From Eledone cirrhosa (taxonomy: Eukaryota): 64,000 nucleotides of DNA. The notes below the pieces were generated by a model. The model was given only the letters and a program-made list of their open reading frames with translations, had not been told where the DNA came from and did no database searches. This document shows positions 14,060 through 27,915 of this stretch, piece after piece. The stretch lies in contig OZ024749.1 of NCBI GenBank assembly GCA_964016885.1, forward strand, positions 23,374,001 to 23,438,000. The letters are read 5' to 3'. The translations under genes and the position numbers were made by a program. Every line of letters starts with the position of its first letter. Within the stretch, counting starts at the first letter, position 1.

Positions 14060-14144
<85 letters not shown>

Positions 14145-14522
14145 TATACAGATTAATGGATCTGCTATTATTCAAATATTCAAAGACCATATTTCTGCAC
14201 GTAAGTTATGCGGTGAAATCTGAAGATATCTGAAGGAATGGGAAGAATGCATTCAATATTCTGAAGGAGCGCCGCCTTTAATCTGTTGAAGAAAATTCTT
14301 CTAGAATGGTGTATCATTGTTCCTTGGATTTTAACAAGGGTACAATGGATACATGCCATAACCAATGGTGTATTTCATGTTCAATAAAAGATTGACCAAT
14401 ATTATTAATAGCACGTTCATATATATATGCTATTGTTATGAAAAGTATCGCAAGCATGGTGGTGGTGGTGATGATGGTGATGATGCTGTTGATGATGCTG
14501 TTGATGATCATGATCATGATAA

Positions 14523-14580
14523 AGAAGAAGAAGAAGAAGAAGAAGAAGAAGAAGAAGAAGAAGAAGAAGAAGAAGAAGAA

Positions 14581-14627
<47 letters not shown>

Positions 14628-14748
14628 AGAAGAAGAAGAAGAAGAAGAAGAAGAAGAAGAAGAAGAAGAAGAAGAAGAAGAAGAAGAAGAAGAAGAAGAA
14701 GAAGAAGAAGAAGAAGAAGAAGAAGAAGAAGAAGAAGAAGAAGAAGAA
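14523..14748 (+). repeat. (GAA)n microsatellite, about 75 units
   Basis: Direct reading. Confidence 0.98.
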
Positions 14749-17677
14749 TCCGGGCTGGCTCGGGTAATAAGAACTAATGGGTGGATAAGCGAGCTGGAAC
14801 TGGAGGAACTGGGCAGAGAGATTAGCTTGGAGATGGAGAGTGGAGTATGCCAGGCAAGCGAACCAGTGGGAAATGAAGGTGAAGAGGTCGAGAGAACGGA
14901 GGAACCATCCGAAACAGACAATGATCAGAATACTGAGATAAATAATACCTGGAACAGAGATACGGCCACTGAGGAAATGAATGCTGACGGGCTAGGACAA
15001 GATTTGGTAGATATCCTAAACTTAGTGGTAGATGAATTGAACAATGATAGTGGGAGACCTATGAACCTAAGATTTGTAGACAGGAAAAAGTTAAAAGAAA
15101 CAACAGCTAAGGTAAACAAAGTCATCCCATACCTTGAGGCGAGGAGCCTTCACCAGTGCAACAATATCCTCAAAGCAACAGCAAATAAGGTGAGGAAACT
15201 ACTTGGTATAAAAGCGAGAGGAAACAACAGACAAGAAAGAGCAGAGCCTTGGTGGAAGAAACGACTGAGTGGTCAAATCAGGGAAATGAGAAATGACATT
15301 GGAAAGCTTGAGTCCCTACTGAATGGGACACTAAAAAACATAGACACTAAAAATAGACTGGAAATAAAGTACAAAACTAGGAGGAAAAAGCTAAATATTA
15401 TCATAGAGGAACTGAAGCAACGCATTGTAGCAAAGAGTGCAAAAATCAGACGATACGAGAACAGAGTCAGCCAGTATAGACAGAACCGCATGTTCGACAA
15501 CAACCAGAAGATGCTGTTTGGACAGCTTGACGGGAAAGAAAGAGGCAACGACTTGATCCCTGAGGCGGAACAAACTAAAACATTCTGGAGAGGAATATGG
15601 GAGCAGGATGTTAAACATAATGACCAGGCAGTGTGGATTGAGACAGTACAGAAGGAGATCAGTGAACAGGCACGCAAACAAACTGATTTGAGTATCACAG
15701 TTGAAACTCTTAAGGGGCAGGCCAAAAAACTAACCAACTAGAAATCACCTGGCCCAGATGGTGTGCAGGGGTATTGGATTAAAACCATAACATCCCTCCA
15801 CCCGAAACTGACAACCATGTTCAATGACTGCTTGATGTCAGGTGGGGTACCAGAGTGGTTGACAAAAGGTACCACAGTTCTGATAATGAAAGCCCGAACT
15901 AAGGGTAATGATGTTACCAACTATAGACCGATCACATGTCTGTCCGTAATGTGGAAACTGTTGACAAGCATTATGTCTGAGGAAATCTGCCATCACCTCC
16001 ACACAAACAACTTGTTACCGGACGAACAGAAAGGATGCCGAAAGAAGTCACGTGGTACAAAGGCCCAGTTACTTATTGATAAGATGGTAATGAGGAATTG
16101 CAAGAGGAGACACACTGGTCTTGCCATGGGGTGGATAGACTACAAAAAGGCATTTGACATGGTGCCTCATTCTTGGATCACCAAAAGCCTTTGCAGATAA
16201 CATCAGGCAGTTGTTGGGCAAAAGTATGAAGTCCTGGGACACAGAGTTAACATCAACTGGAGAATCCTTGGGAAGCGTGAAGATCAAGAGAGGTATCTTC
16301 CAGGGAGATAGTATGTCCCCTCTGTTGTTTGTCCTTGCCCTGATGCCCCTGACCAGTGTACTGCGAAAAGTGAGAGCAGGATACAGGTTGGGAAAGGGAG
16401 GGCTTACCATCAATCACCTCCTCTTCATGTACGATCTTAAGCTCTTCGGGAAGATGTCCTATATGTATGCAATTTGGTATTAGTAAGTGTGGAGTCATTG
16501 TGATGAGGAGGGTTAAGTTGAGCAGAGGTAACGGATTCCAGATACCAACAGGTGAGATGATAAAAGAAATTGACTCTGAGGAAGGATACAAGTATTTGGG
16601 CGTTCTGGAGGCTGATGACACCAACAACAAAAAAATGAAGGAATTGATAAAAACTGAATACCTTCGGAGAGTAAGGAGCGTATTAAAGTCACATCTGAAC
16701 AGTAGGAATGCCATAAGTGCAGTAAATTCCCGAGCTGTGTCTATTATTAGGTACAGTGCGGGAATTCTGAGATGGAATGTTGCTGAACAAAAAGAAATGG
16801 ATAGGAAGACTAGGAAGCTATTGACTATCTACAATATGTTCCACAAGAGGAGTGATGTCGATAGACTCTACTTAAGGAGATCTGAGGATGGAAGAGGTTT
16901 TATCAGCATAAAGGACTGTGTTCAGATGGAGAAAAACAACCTACACAAATACGTGACTGATAGTAAGGAGTCAATGCTCAGAACTGTACTGAAGGAGGGG
17001 AAAATAGGCCAGGGGATGTCCAAGGAGGAAATAACATCAAGGAGAAAGAGCAGCCTTCAGGAAAAATCCCTTCATAGTACCTTCTTTGAGAAAACTGAAT
17101 TTAGAGATCCACAGACATGGAACTGGTTGAAAAGAGGATCCACTGGCACCTATGCAAAGTAAACAATTTACCACATTCTGAGAAGTGGTATGACCATAAG
17201 CCAGAGGCGGTGCTAGAAAACGATCAGGTGAAGGTGCTGTGGGATTTTAGGATACAGACAGACAAGAAACTGGAAGACAATAGACCTGGCCTGGTGGTTT
17301 TGGACAAAGAAAAAAGATCGTGCCTGATTGTGGATGTGGCCTGCCCATTCGACACGAGAGTGCAAGAGAAGGAGAGGGAGAAAATTAACCGATACCAGGA
17401 CTTAAAGTGGGAGGTAAAAAGGATTTGGAACTGCCATGAAGTCAAAGTGATCCCGATTGTCATAGGCGCACTAGGGACTATCTCAAAAAGTTTCCAGGGA
17501 TGGTTAAAGAAAATTGGCCCCTTCACGCTTTTTGGAACGCTTCAAAAGGCATGCTTGCTGGGTACAGCAAGAACCCTCCGATACGTCCTGAATATCTGAG
17601 GCTGCAGGTAGTGGCTTGATATTCATCTCAACAAACTTTCCAGTTAACTAACATAAATGACTGAGACTCTAAGAACG
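14749..17677 (+). mobile_element. R4/Dong-clade non-LTR retrotransposon family A (RT + restriction-like endonuclease), disrupted, (TAA)n tail
   Basis: KSPGPDG, NYRPITCL, WIDYKKAFDMVPH, GIFQGDS, YKYLG, RPxLVV..C.IVDVACP; stops and frameshifts; CCHC region deleted near 17138; (TAA)n at 17678-17745. Confidence 0.9.
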
Positions 17678-17745
<68 letters not shown>

Positions 17746-17747
<2 letters not shown>

Positions 17748-19566
17748 TTTCATTTATTAGCCACAAGGGCCGACATGTAGGGGACAATACAAAGACAGGG
17801 AGAGTGGGGGTTTACAATGAGGTCGAGTAAAAGTGCACAATGGCAAGACTAATTTAACAATGAAAATATAAAAGTATAAAATAAACTATGCAAAATTTAA
17901 TATAACAAAGTATAACAAAATGTGGGTGCTGGAAGCAGATGGACCGCCTCACCAACGGAACTTGTCCCCTCCACAAGAATTTGAAGAGGAGCCGTTCCAA
18001 CTTGACGAGGCGCGGACGGGGGCAAGGCACGACGGTTAGGCGGTAATAGATGACGGACGCGATGTACGCATTCGCCACCTCCCAGCGATGTACGCATTCG
18101 CTTCCTCCCAGCCCATTTTTGGGTGAGACTGGCTACTCTGCTCGTTACCTCGTCCCAATTCTTTTCCACCTGGAGGTCTGGTCCGAACCAAGCCCCGAGC
18201 AACTTTACTGGTCCGTCCGTCCAGCGCCCCACGACGCTCTTGGACGGCATGGGCTTGCCTCTCCATGTTCCGAGCTGCAAGCCCACCGACTTTTCCGGCT
18301 GAAGTTTGGCTCCTGTCAACCTTTCATATTCCTTCAATAAGGTGCCGACCACCTCGATTTCTGAGGTGTTCGACACCATCACGGTGATGTCCGCATAAGC
18401 CGACACCGCCTTTCCACGTCCCGGTTCGAGCGGGATGCCCTGCAACAGCTCCAGCTTCCGCAGTAAAGGCTCGAGAGTCAATACGTACAGAAGGGAAGAG
18501 AGAGGGCACCCTTGACGGACCGATCGGGAGAGCCGAAATGGTTCCGAGAGGTGGCCATTAACCTTGACCACCGAGCGTGTGCCGCTGTGCATTGCAACGA
18601 TCCAGCTTCTAAAGACAGGGCCGAAGCCAGCAGCTTTAAGGACAAATTCCAGATACCGATGGTCGACCCTATCGAATGCTTTCGATTGATCTAAATTGAT
18701 CAGTGCCCCACCGAAGCCAGGTTTACACCCTACCCTCTCTATGATGTATCGCATGAGGTGGAGATTGTCGTGTATGGACCTGGCTGGGATTGCGCAAGTT
18801 TGCGCCTCCCCAACCAAATCCTCGACGACAAGCGCCAATCTCTTTGCTAACGCCTTGGCCAAAATCTTAAACTCTGTGTTGAGCAGAGTTATGAGCCTGA
18901 AGTTGTCTAATGTATCCCTCTTGTTCTCGTCTTTCCTTATCAGCGTCACCACTCCCCTGCTCACAGAACTGGGAATACTCCCATTCTGCTGCCAGTTACA
19001 GTAGAGTGCTTCGAGGAGTTCGGAGAACAAGGCTGGCATATTTACGTAAAGCTCGTAGGGCAGGCCATCCAAACCGGGTGACTTGTGCCTCATGCAGCCG
19101 ACAAGGGCGTCCTGAATTTCGGCTGAAGTAATAGGCCTTTCGCAGCGCTCAGCTACGACCGTCGAAATGCGCGGCAAGCCGTCAAGGTAGGGACTGAAAT
19201 CCGCTACTCTCTCTGACTCGCCACTCTCCCCGAACAACCGAGCAAAATGCTGGCGAAAGGCCTCACACATCCGCTTGGAATCGCTTATCTCGTGTCCGTC
19301 TCGGTCCGCCAAAGACCGAATTGTGGTTTTATTACCACGCTGCGCCTCCGCCACGCGGGCCCATCGAACAGCTTTAGTTCCCTCGTTTCTCAGCGCACGC
19401 GCCTTAGCTCTGACAATGCAACCTTCGTGTTTGGCATTGAAAAAATGGTCTAATGCCATTCTCGCCGCTAGCACGTCAGTTGCGATGCCACTACAAATAG
19501 CCTCGTCTAACTTATCTACCAGCTCCCCCTCCTTTCTATTTTTCTCTAACGCTCGTTCTTTGCTGA
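17746..19566 (-). mobile_element. L1/Tx1-like LINE, 5'-truncated and internally deleted, antisense inside (TAA)n
   Basis: ORF 17897-19474: KSPGLDG, ITLLNTEFKI, LDQSKAFDRV, VRQGCPLS, AYAD; 3' end aataaa..(ATT)n. Confidence 0.85.
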
Positions 19567-19584
19567 AAATAATAATAATAATAA

Positions 19585-20445
19585 TAAGAAGAAGAAGAAG
19601 AAGGGAAGAAGACGCAGAAGAAGGGAAGAAGACGCACGAGGTGGTAGAAGGTCATGAAATCGCTCCCGTAAGTTTTGAATTTTTAACATATTTAAATCAT
19701 TTGTGAAATAACAACTCTTAGTACAAATGCTACGTAAAGCATCCGGCTTGAGCCCCAAAAAAATTCGGACCCAAAATATATTGTTATAAGGCTCAAATAT
19801 TCAAATATTCAACTTTGTATTGTACATTGTATATTCAAAAAAGAAAATGGCTATAAATGGGAGAAGAACCCCCCCCCCCTCCTCTGTCTACGCTATATAG
19901 AACAGCCAAACAACACCAGAAACTAGATACAACACCTACCCCATCACCTCTCTGTGTACACTAAACACAACAGCCAGATAACGGCAATTTCACCACCACC
20001 ACTCACTACTGTCATCATTACCACCACTATCCCATCACCGCCGCCACCACTCCCTCATTGCTGCCACCGCTACAACACCATCGCTACAGTAATACGATCA
20101 CATCACCGCCACCACTGCCTCGGTAACGACATCACCACCACCACTGTCTCAGTATCGATACCGTCGCTACTGTCTCCCACATCACCCCGCCGCCACCACT
20201 CCTTCAATGCTACCACCACTATTCCCCTGTTAACTTGAGAGAGAAAGGGGAAGGTGGCGGTATCACTAGACAAGGGAGAGGCTAGCAAAAGATATAAATA
20301 GATTGACTTAGTGACCTGGCCACATCAACAATTATGGGACTGCTGGCTCACCCCTTCCTCACCAACAGTATAAAAAGCCCCGGCACCACCACCGACATAG
20401 CCAACAACAATAATAGCCAACCACAACAAAAAGTATATTATAATA
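19585..20445. repeat. Unclassified non-coding module X (copies about 47643-48562 and 56031-56612)
   Basis: Shared gggaagaa.acg, aatcg.tcccgtaagtttt, CCA-rich block and gatataaataga in three places. Confidence 0.7.
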
Positions 20446-20447
20446 TT

Positions 20448-20497
20448 GTAATGCACTGGGTGATTGCTGGCCTTGTGCCTGGAGTGGAGACAATTAT
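20448..20497 (+). mobile_element. SINE 3'-end fragment
   Basis: gtaatgcactgggtgattgctggccttgtgcc..acaattatt; absent at the equivalent site of the second copy (about 48560). Confidence 0.65.
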
Positions 20498-20504
20498 TAA
20501 TAAT

Positions 20505-23500
20505 TTCATTCATAAGCCACGCGATGTTCACATTAAGGAACCACTCATGATAATAACAATTTAAAAAAAAAAACAAAATGAAAACCCCGCGACCAAGAAA
20601 TACCGGGAAGGCGGCCGGCGGGGAATAGCCGTGTCTCTAGGGGAGAACGACCCCTCTAGTCTTGGTTGACACTCGTTCTAGAAGTGGTAAAACGAAATGA
20701 TTACCCCTTGGCGGATAAGGATAAAACGCGACAAAATAAAGTAAATGTCTAATGATAAGATCTCATACCGGATCGGCCGTCACCCGGGTAAAAAAGGGCC
20801 GCGTCCCTCAGAGAGGAACCAGACTGGGATCGAAAACTCAGCTAATGGGTCAAACCTTCCCATCACTTCGGAGCTGGAGACCTCCCATAACCGGAATACT
20901 CCTACTGTTGGCCCTCCATGCTCACCACCAAGAAATCCAAAGAAAAAGAGAGAAAAATGGTAAAAAGAAGATAATAAAGAAGTCCTTGAGGCTTTCTACA
21001 CTGCCATGTACTACCCATCAAATACATCGAATACAGAACAGACATATATAAACTGGAAAAATAAACATCCCGAAAAAAGAGGCTATATTGACAGCAACAA
21101 ACTAGCCAATATACGGAGAAATATTGTAAGAAAAAAGTTACTAACTGATATAGAAATTGATCAGATCAAGCTATTAGCACAAAGTCAGCGAGGGGAAAAT
21201 GAAACATGTGTCAGTGAAAACGAGGTAAACTGTAACACTTCGAATCCCAGGGTTGGGGCGGAATCACTGGCAACAGAAAAAATTAAAATTAAAATTAAAG
21301 AAAGGATCGAAAAAGTGGAGGGAGTGCATGCTCAGGATGAAACTCCAAATGAAAATAATGAGATCGTAAATGATAAAGAAATGAATGAGAATGAACTTGC
21401 CAACTTGAAGGATGAAATTATGATCGAATGGATGAAAATGAAAGAATCTGACATGGGGCAACGAGACACCCTCCCTAAGATCCAGAACTCCAAACAGAAC
21501 CAAAAGATAATACACAAGACTAACATAATTCTCAAAAACATTATCATCACAAACAAACTAAACATTACTGATTTAAATCATCTCTATTATGCATCGGCTA
21601 AAGTCACCACTCACTTATGTGGAGTGAAGATGAAAAAACAAAGGAATTCCCACAAGAAATCTACTTGGCAAGAGAACATCAATCGCCAAATAAACCTTCT
21701 CCGATCTGACATAGACATTTTAACAAACTATAAAGTAGGTGAACATGTTAAACAAACTAAACTTAGAAAATTGAAAAAAAAGTACAGTATAAAATCAACA
21801 TGTGACATAGACATGCTGATAGAAATAATGAAGCAAAAAGTGTCGGCCAAAGCTGCTCGTATAAGGCGCTTTGAAAAACGATCTAGATTCTATAAGGACA
21901 ATAATATGTTCAAAAACAACCAAAGAAACTTCTACAGAAAAATTGGTAAGTCAACAATAACTGCTAAATCAATACCACCCAAGGAGGAAGTGCAAGAATT
22001 CTGGGAAAAGATCTGGGCCGAAGAAAAAGTTCATGACATACATGCCCCATGGATAGACAGACAAATGAAAGATACAGCTCACCTTGAGGAACAAACATGG
22101 GAAAATATAACAGTTGAACAGTTGCGCTTGGCTCTAAGAAAAACCAGCAAATGGAAATCTCCAGGAAAAGACAAAATACAAAACTTTTGGATAAATGCCT
22201 TCACAGAGTCTCATGAGCTCTTCGCCCAACTTTACAATGAAATAGTTAAGGAGCCAGAAAAGATACCTTCATGGCTAGTTAATGGCATTACATTCCTGCT
22301 TCCGAAGAATGATGAGACAAACAATCCCCAAAATTACAGACCGATAACTTGCTTGACCACAATGTATAACATTTTAACATCAGTCCTAACTGAATACACA
22401 TATGACCACCTGATAACAAATGACCAATTTCCCATTGAGCAGAAAGGGTGTAAACGAGGCTCATATGGCTGTAAGGATCAGCTTCTGGTTAACAAAATGA
22501 TACTGGAAGATTGTCATAATAGACACAAAAATCTATCGATTGCTTGGATAGATTATAAAAAAGCATTTGATAGTTTGCCACACAGTTGGATTGAAAAATG
22601 TTTAGAGATGTTCAAAGTATCCCCCGTTGTCAGGAGGTTTTTGTCATTCAGTATGAAGACATGGAAAACGACACTCCTTTTGAATAGTGAAACAAAATCA
22701 CTGGAAGCTGGAGAAGTTAATATTAAGTGTGGAATTTTTCACGGTGACTCTTTATCACCGCTTTTATTCTGCATCGCACTTATACCATTAAGTAAAATGT
22801 TCAATGAAACAAAACATGGATATAAAGTCTATGACAAAACCATTAATCACCTGTTCTACATGGATGAACTGAAACTATTTGCAAAAAATGATGAACAATT
22901 GCAAGGGCTATTATCCACTGTGAAGCAGTTTAGTGATGACATTAAAATGGAGTTTGGACTAGATAAATGCGCCAAAGCAACGTTCACCAGAGGAAAGCTG
23001 CTGAAAAGTTCAGACATTAATCTTGATCGGGGGAATGTGATAAGAGAACTTGATCAAGAGGAAACTTACAAATATCTAGGTGTTTGTGAAGGAGACGGAA
23101 TCAAGCACTCGACAATGAGGGAAATGATAAGGAAGGAATGTTACCGCAGAGTGAGAGCAATCTTAAAAACGGAATTGAATGCAAGGAATAGGATCGATGC
23201 CATAAACACGCTTGCCATACCAGTAATAACCTACAGTTACAATGTCATCAACTGGTCAAGCACAGAGATCCGTAGGCTCGATACAAAAATTCGAAAATTC
23301 TTAACCATGCACAGAATGCATCACCCTAAAGCAGATATAGATAGAATATATCTCCCTAGGAAAGAAGGAGGACGTGGGTTAATTCAGTTAGACATTGTGT
23401 TGGAAACTGCAACAAATGGATTATCTACATATCTAAGGGAATCACATGATTGGATGATCAAACTCGTTTTGAAACACGAAAGCATCAAAAGATCATATTC

Positions 23501-24516
23501 CATTACAAAAGATGCACAAAGATACAGTAATGGACTACACATTTCAGAAGTCCCATTTACTGCTGAAATGGAAAACACAGAAAAAGCAAAGCAGGTAAAA
23601 GTAACTGCAAAGAAAGAACTGCTACAGAAACTGGCTAAGAAATGGCAAGAAAAGCCTCTGCATGGAAAATACCCAGAGCGAGCTAACAATCCTGATGTTG
23701 ACAAAACTTTAACCCATCAGTGGTTGGCATCCTCTGGACTGAAATCGGAGACTGAGGGAGTGATTATATCGGCACAAGATCAGTGTCTGCCAACAAAAAA
23801 TTACCAAGCCAACATAATAAAAAATGGGTGCAGCCCATTATGCCGTGTATGCAAAAAACAACCAGAGACCATTGACCGAATACCTAAACAGGTATGACAG
23901 AGCTGTACAATACATACATGGGATAATGTGAAAGCATTTTGACCTGCCCCATCAAAAGAATTGGTGGGAGCATCAACCACCTCCCATACTTGAAAAAGAT
24001 CACATCTCAATCTTGTGGAACTTTAGCATCCAAACAGACCGAAAAATAGATGCAAACAGACCTGATATAATATTGAAAGACTTTCAAAAGAGGGTATGCC
24101 TGCTAATTGATATGTCTGTTCCGATAGACAAGAATGTATCTATAAAAACATTTGAAAAATTGAGCAAGTATAAGGACCTGGAGATAGAAATTGGAAAAAT
24201 GTGGAAATTGAGAACTAAAACAATACCAGTGGTTGTAGGCGCTCTGGGAATGATACCTAAGGGGTCTAATGATTACATATTGCAAATCCCAGGAAACCCG
24301 CGTATAGGAAAAATACAAAGGATAGTACTAATGGGAACTGCCCATATACTAAGGAAGATTCTGTCAATATAAGTACATCACAAGTCTAAACACTAAAGAT
24401 GCATGTGTGAATATGTATGTTCTTTCTTGAACATGGCGGACCTTGTTGTCTCTTGAGGTCACTGGTTGTGACTTGGTGATAACTCGTATGAACATATAGC
24501 AAGATAAATGCAACTG
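20505..24516 (+). mobile_element. R4/Dong-clade retrotransposon family B, near full length, (TAA)n tail
   Basis: Single ORF from ATG 20745 with RT, C-terminal CRVC zinc motif and RPDIIL..LIDMSVP endonuclease; tail taataataat. Confidence 0.92.
20745..24372 (+). pseudogene. Dong family B polyprotein, inactivated
   Basis: In-frame stop at 20961-20963 (TCA in the copy near 49026); RT motifs read FHGD and YMDE; 32-bp deletion near 23877 shifts the frame before the endonuclease (24013-24372). Confidence 0.85.
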
Positions 24517-24535
24517 TAATAATAATAATAATAAT

Positions 24536-24721
24536 TGTTTCTACTTTAGGCACAAGGCCAGAAATTACCCAGTACATTACTGGTACTTTATTTTATCGAC
24601 CCCGTAAAGATGAAAGGCAAAGTTAACCTCAGCGGGATTTGAACTCAAACCGTAAAGGGATGTAACTATGCTAGAAAGCATGCCGTCCAACCCTCTACCG
24701 ATACTGCCAATTCACCGCCCT
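24536..24721 (-). mobile_element. Full-length tRNA-derived Nin-domain SINE with (ATT)n tail
   Basis: A-box-like tggcagtatcggt, B-box gagttcaaatcc, gcctttcatctttacggggtcgataaa..agtaccag, tail attattatt. Confidence 0.85.
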
Positions 24722-24736
24722 TAATAATAATAATAA

Positions 24737-25220
24737 TGAGCATAAGCCAGAGGCGGTGATGGAGAACGATCAGGTGAAGGTGCTGTGGGATTTTAGGATA
24801 CAGACGGACAAAAAACTGGAATACAATCGACCTGACCTGATGGTTGTGGACAAAGAAAAAAGATCGTGTCTGATTGTGAATGTGGCCTGCCCATTCGACA
24901 CGAGAGTGCAAGAGAAGGAGAGGGAGAAAATTAACCGATACCAGGACTTAAAGTGGGAGGTAAAAAGGATTTGGAACTGCCATGAAGTCAAAGTGATCCC
25001 GATTGTCATAGGCGCACTGGGGACTAACTCCAAAAGTTTCCAGGGATGGTTAAAGAAAATCGGCCCCTTCACGCTTTTTGAAACGCTTCAAAAGGCATGC
25101 TTGCTGGAAACAGCAAGAACCCTCCGATACGTCCTGAATATCTGAGGCTGCAGGTAGTGGCTTGATATTCATTCCAACGGACTTTCCAGTTAACTAACAT
25201 CAATGACTGAGATTCAAGGA
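24737..25220 (+). mobile_element. Dong family A 3' fragment (endonuclease region)
   Basis: Near identity to 17190-17677; (TAA)n on both sides. Confidence 0.9.
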
Positions 25221-25249
25221 ATAATAATAAAAATAATAATAATAATATT

Positions 25250-25730
25250 GTTAACTCAAACTCAGTTGAAATAGATTAGATTTAGATGCTGAAACAGCCA
25301 TAAAGGATCTTGAGCAGGAACAACCCTATAAATACTTAGGAATTAATGAGGGCTCTGGCTTTCAGCATGAAAGGATGAAAGAGCAAATAAGGAAGGAATG
25401 TTATAGGAGAGAACGCGCAGTACTAAAATCAGAACTAAGTTCTCATAACAAAGTGTGAGCCATAAATTCCTAGGCAGTTTCAGTTTTCACTTATAGATTC
25501 GGTGTGTTGAACTTGAATACGAGTGAAATTAAAAGAATCGACACCAAAATACTTAAGTTACTGACTTGAATAGGGTGCACCACTCCAGAGCAGCTGTTGA
25601 TCGTCTTTACCTTCCTAGAACTCAAGGAAGCGGTGGCCTGATCCAATTTGAACATATCTACACGAGTACCACCACTATTGGACTAGCCAAATACCTTGAA
25701 ACAACAAACAACTGTATGCTGAAACTTGCT
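25250..25730 (+). mobile_element. Third R4/Dong-like family, degenerate RT-thumb fragment
   Basis: Translates IKDLEQEQPYKYLGINEG..MKEQIRKECYRR..KSEL..DRLYLPR with stops. Confidence 0.75.
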
Positions 25731-25812
25731 GATTTCGAATAGCTCGAGATTCGATATATTTGTGGATTCTCATGTTCCTCAGATACGTCTACCTACTTCG
25801 AAGCAAATCGTT

Positions 25813-25895
<83 letters not shown>

Positions 25896-25898
<3 letters not shown>

Positions 25899-27915
25899 GA
25901 GACTCACCCCACAGATAAGAAAAATAGAAGAAGGAAAAACATGTATTTTAACCCACCTTTTAATTCTGAGGTCCTCACTAACCTCCCCAGAGTATTCTTC
26001 TCATTATTAGAAAAAAACTTCCCACCAGGCAATAGATATCGCAACATAATTAACAAAAAAGTGATTAAATTATCCTATTCGACCACACCTAACCTCGCAT
26101 CACACCTAGCACGTACGAACATTAGGAAAACTAGGGAAGGTTTCGAAACAATTAAAATGGCAGTTAACCACCAGCAACCGACTACACTGGAAAATAGGCA
26201 TCACTGAGCCATCTAATGATATAGAGGTACCTAGTGATAATGCGATATGTAGAGTAACACATATGTATTGTCGCAGTTGAAACTGAGAACCACCACCCCT
26301 CCTGCTGACCCAAATGTTTACTGAGGACCAGAACACCATTCTCCACAATATAAGAGAGGAATGCGCTTGCCGGACTATTGATGACCAAAACATTACTTTC
26401 CAAGGTAATGGCAAAACACAGTAAATGGTAAACACGACCAGAACATCACAACATGCACATCGGAGCAACAGAGATATAATATCAATAAGCGAATCAATTG
26501 AATTTTTTGAGTTGAAATACATATAAATATGTGTCTGTGTGTATCGGACACACGTACACATGAAGAAACTGCTGACCTAAATGTACCTGTCATGCCTGGC
26601 TGAATTCCCAAGAACATTTTCGGTCAGTTACTATCTTGACCGCTTACCCTCACAATTACTACGTAGCGGTTCTTGAACGTGACTGCTAGACCCGGATGAA
26701 ACGAAGACGAAGAATTTCCTTGCGTACCACAGATGCGATCTCACTCTGCCTCGTTAATGTTCAATCAACACCAAAGTTCTACGTTCTGGGCAATAGAATT
26801 GAATTCAACCACCGACAACATAGTTGGATGACCGATAATCACACCAAACCGGAGTACTGTGATCCTTGTGATTTCGAGATATACAACCACTGATAGTGTA
26901 ACGAAGACCAGAAAACCATACTCCATAATATTGAACCAAGTGATTGATTTGTGCCACCAAAATAACACCACACACATATTGGGTCGGCATTGGATCCTCC
27001 GTCTGGGTGAGCAAAAATAGATTTCTATCTGCATTGAAATTTACGAACTTGTGCATCTGCTGTGGTGTCAAACACAAACGCACACGACCGCACATATGAG
27101 CAATGGACTATGCCACGTGGGTTGAACTTGCAAGTGAATTGAAGGATGTGTACCTCTGATATACAGATTATTTATTATTAAGATGTATAAACTTGACATA
27201 ACTATTATCATCTTATATTCTCTCAACTAATCACATTTGATCATATTTCTCTATCCCGTTTTCTCCACCCATATTTATAATATTTTTTTTTGACAAAATC
27301 ATTTTTTTTTACATTGTGTTTTTCCCTTCTAATACTTGCTTATATTTTTTCATATATTCTCTATATATTTTATATATATAGATATTTTTATCTTTATTCT
27401 TATTTTCACTCTTATCCTCCTTTATATTTTACCTTATTCTTACTTTTATACCTTATTATAGTGTAATCTTCCCCATGCCTTATTATACATTATTAATTAT
27501 AGATTATTATTATTGCTCTTATTCCATTTCTAATTACCTCATGTACTTTCTCCTCCGTTATATATATATTGTATGCCCTTTGTCTGTGTGTAGCCTCTGC
27601 ACACCCTCTGCACCCTACTATCGACACCACCCCATCTATGGCTCCACTAACCACTCGACACCCGGGAATGAATATGACCACAGCTAGTAAACAAGGACCC
27701 ACACCCCACCCTCCCGCACCAAAATTAGACTTATCGTCCCCTGCTTTTGCTCTTTACTCTCTTTACTCTTTGTTCTTGAATGTTTGGTTGGTAGAGTCCA
27801 TAACACCAATCAAACCCCTTTTATAGCTCTGAAGAATCCTACGGTTACGTAAGGAAGAAACATTGTAAGCCAATACAAATCTTTTGATGTTGTAGACGCT
27901 CTTGTGTTCTTTATC
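25896..27915 (+). mobile_element. Degenerate Hydra-clade-like Penelope 3' portion between (TA)n tracts
   Basis: RRRKNMYFNPPF..FPPGNRYRNIINKKVIKLSYSTTPNL thumb motif; decayed endonuclease region; terminal hammerhead. Confidence 0.7.
27826..27870 (+). ncRNA. Type I hammerhead ribozyme motif
   Basis: gct-CTGAAGA-a tcctacg gtta cgtaagga a-GAAA-cattg-TA-agc. Confidence 0.65.

Noticed and set aside
14365-15741. 458-aa poly-Glu protein
   Set aside because: Chance in-frame read-through of a (GAA)n microsatellite into a truncated Dong ORF
20580-20745. Possible HDV-like ribozyme in the Dong B 5' UTR
   Set aside because: GC-rich helices are visible but I could not assign the nested double pseudoknot by eye
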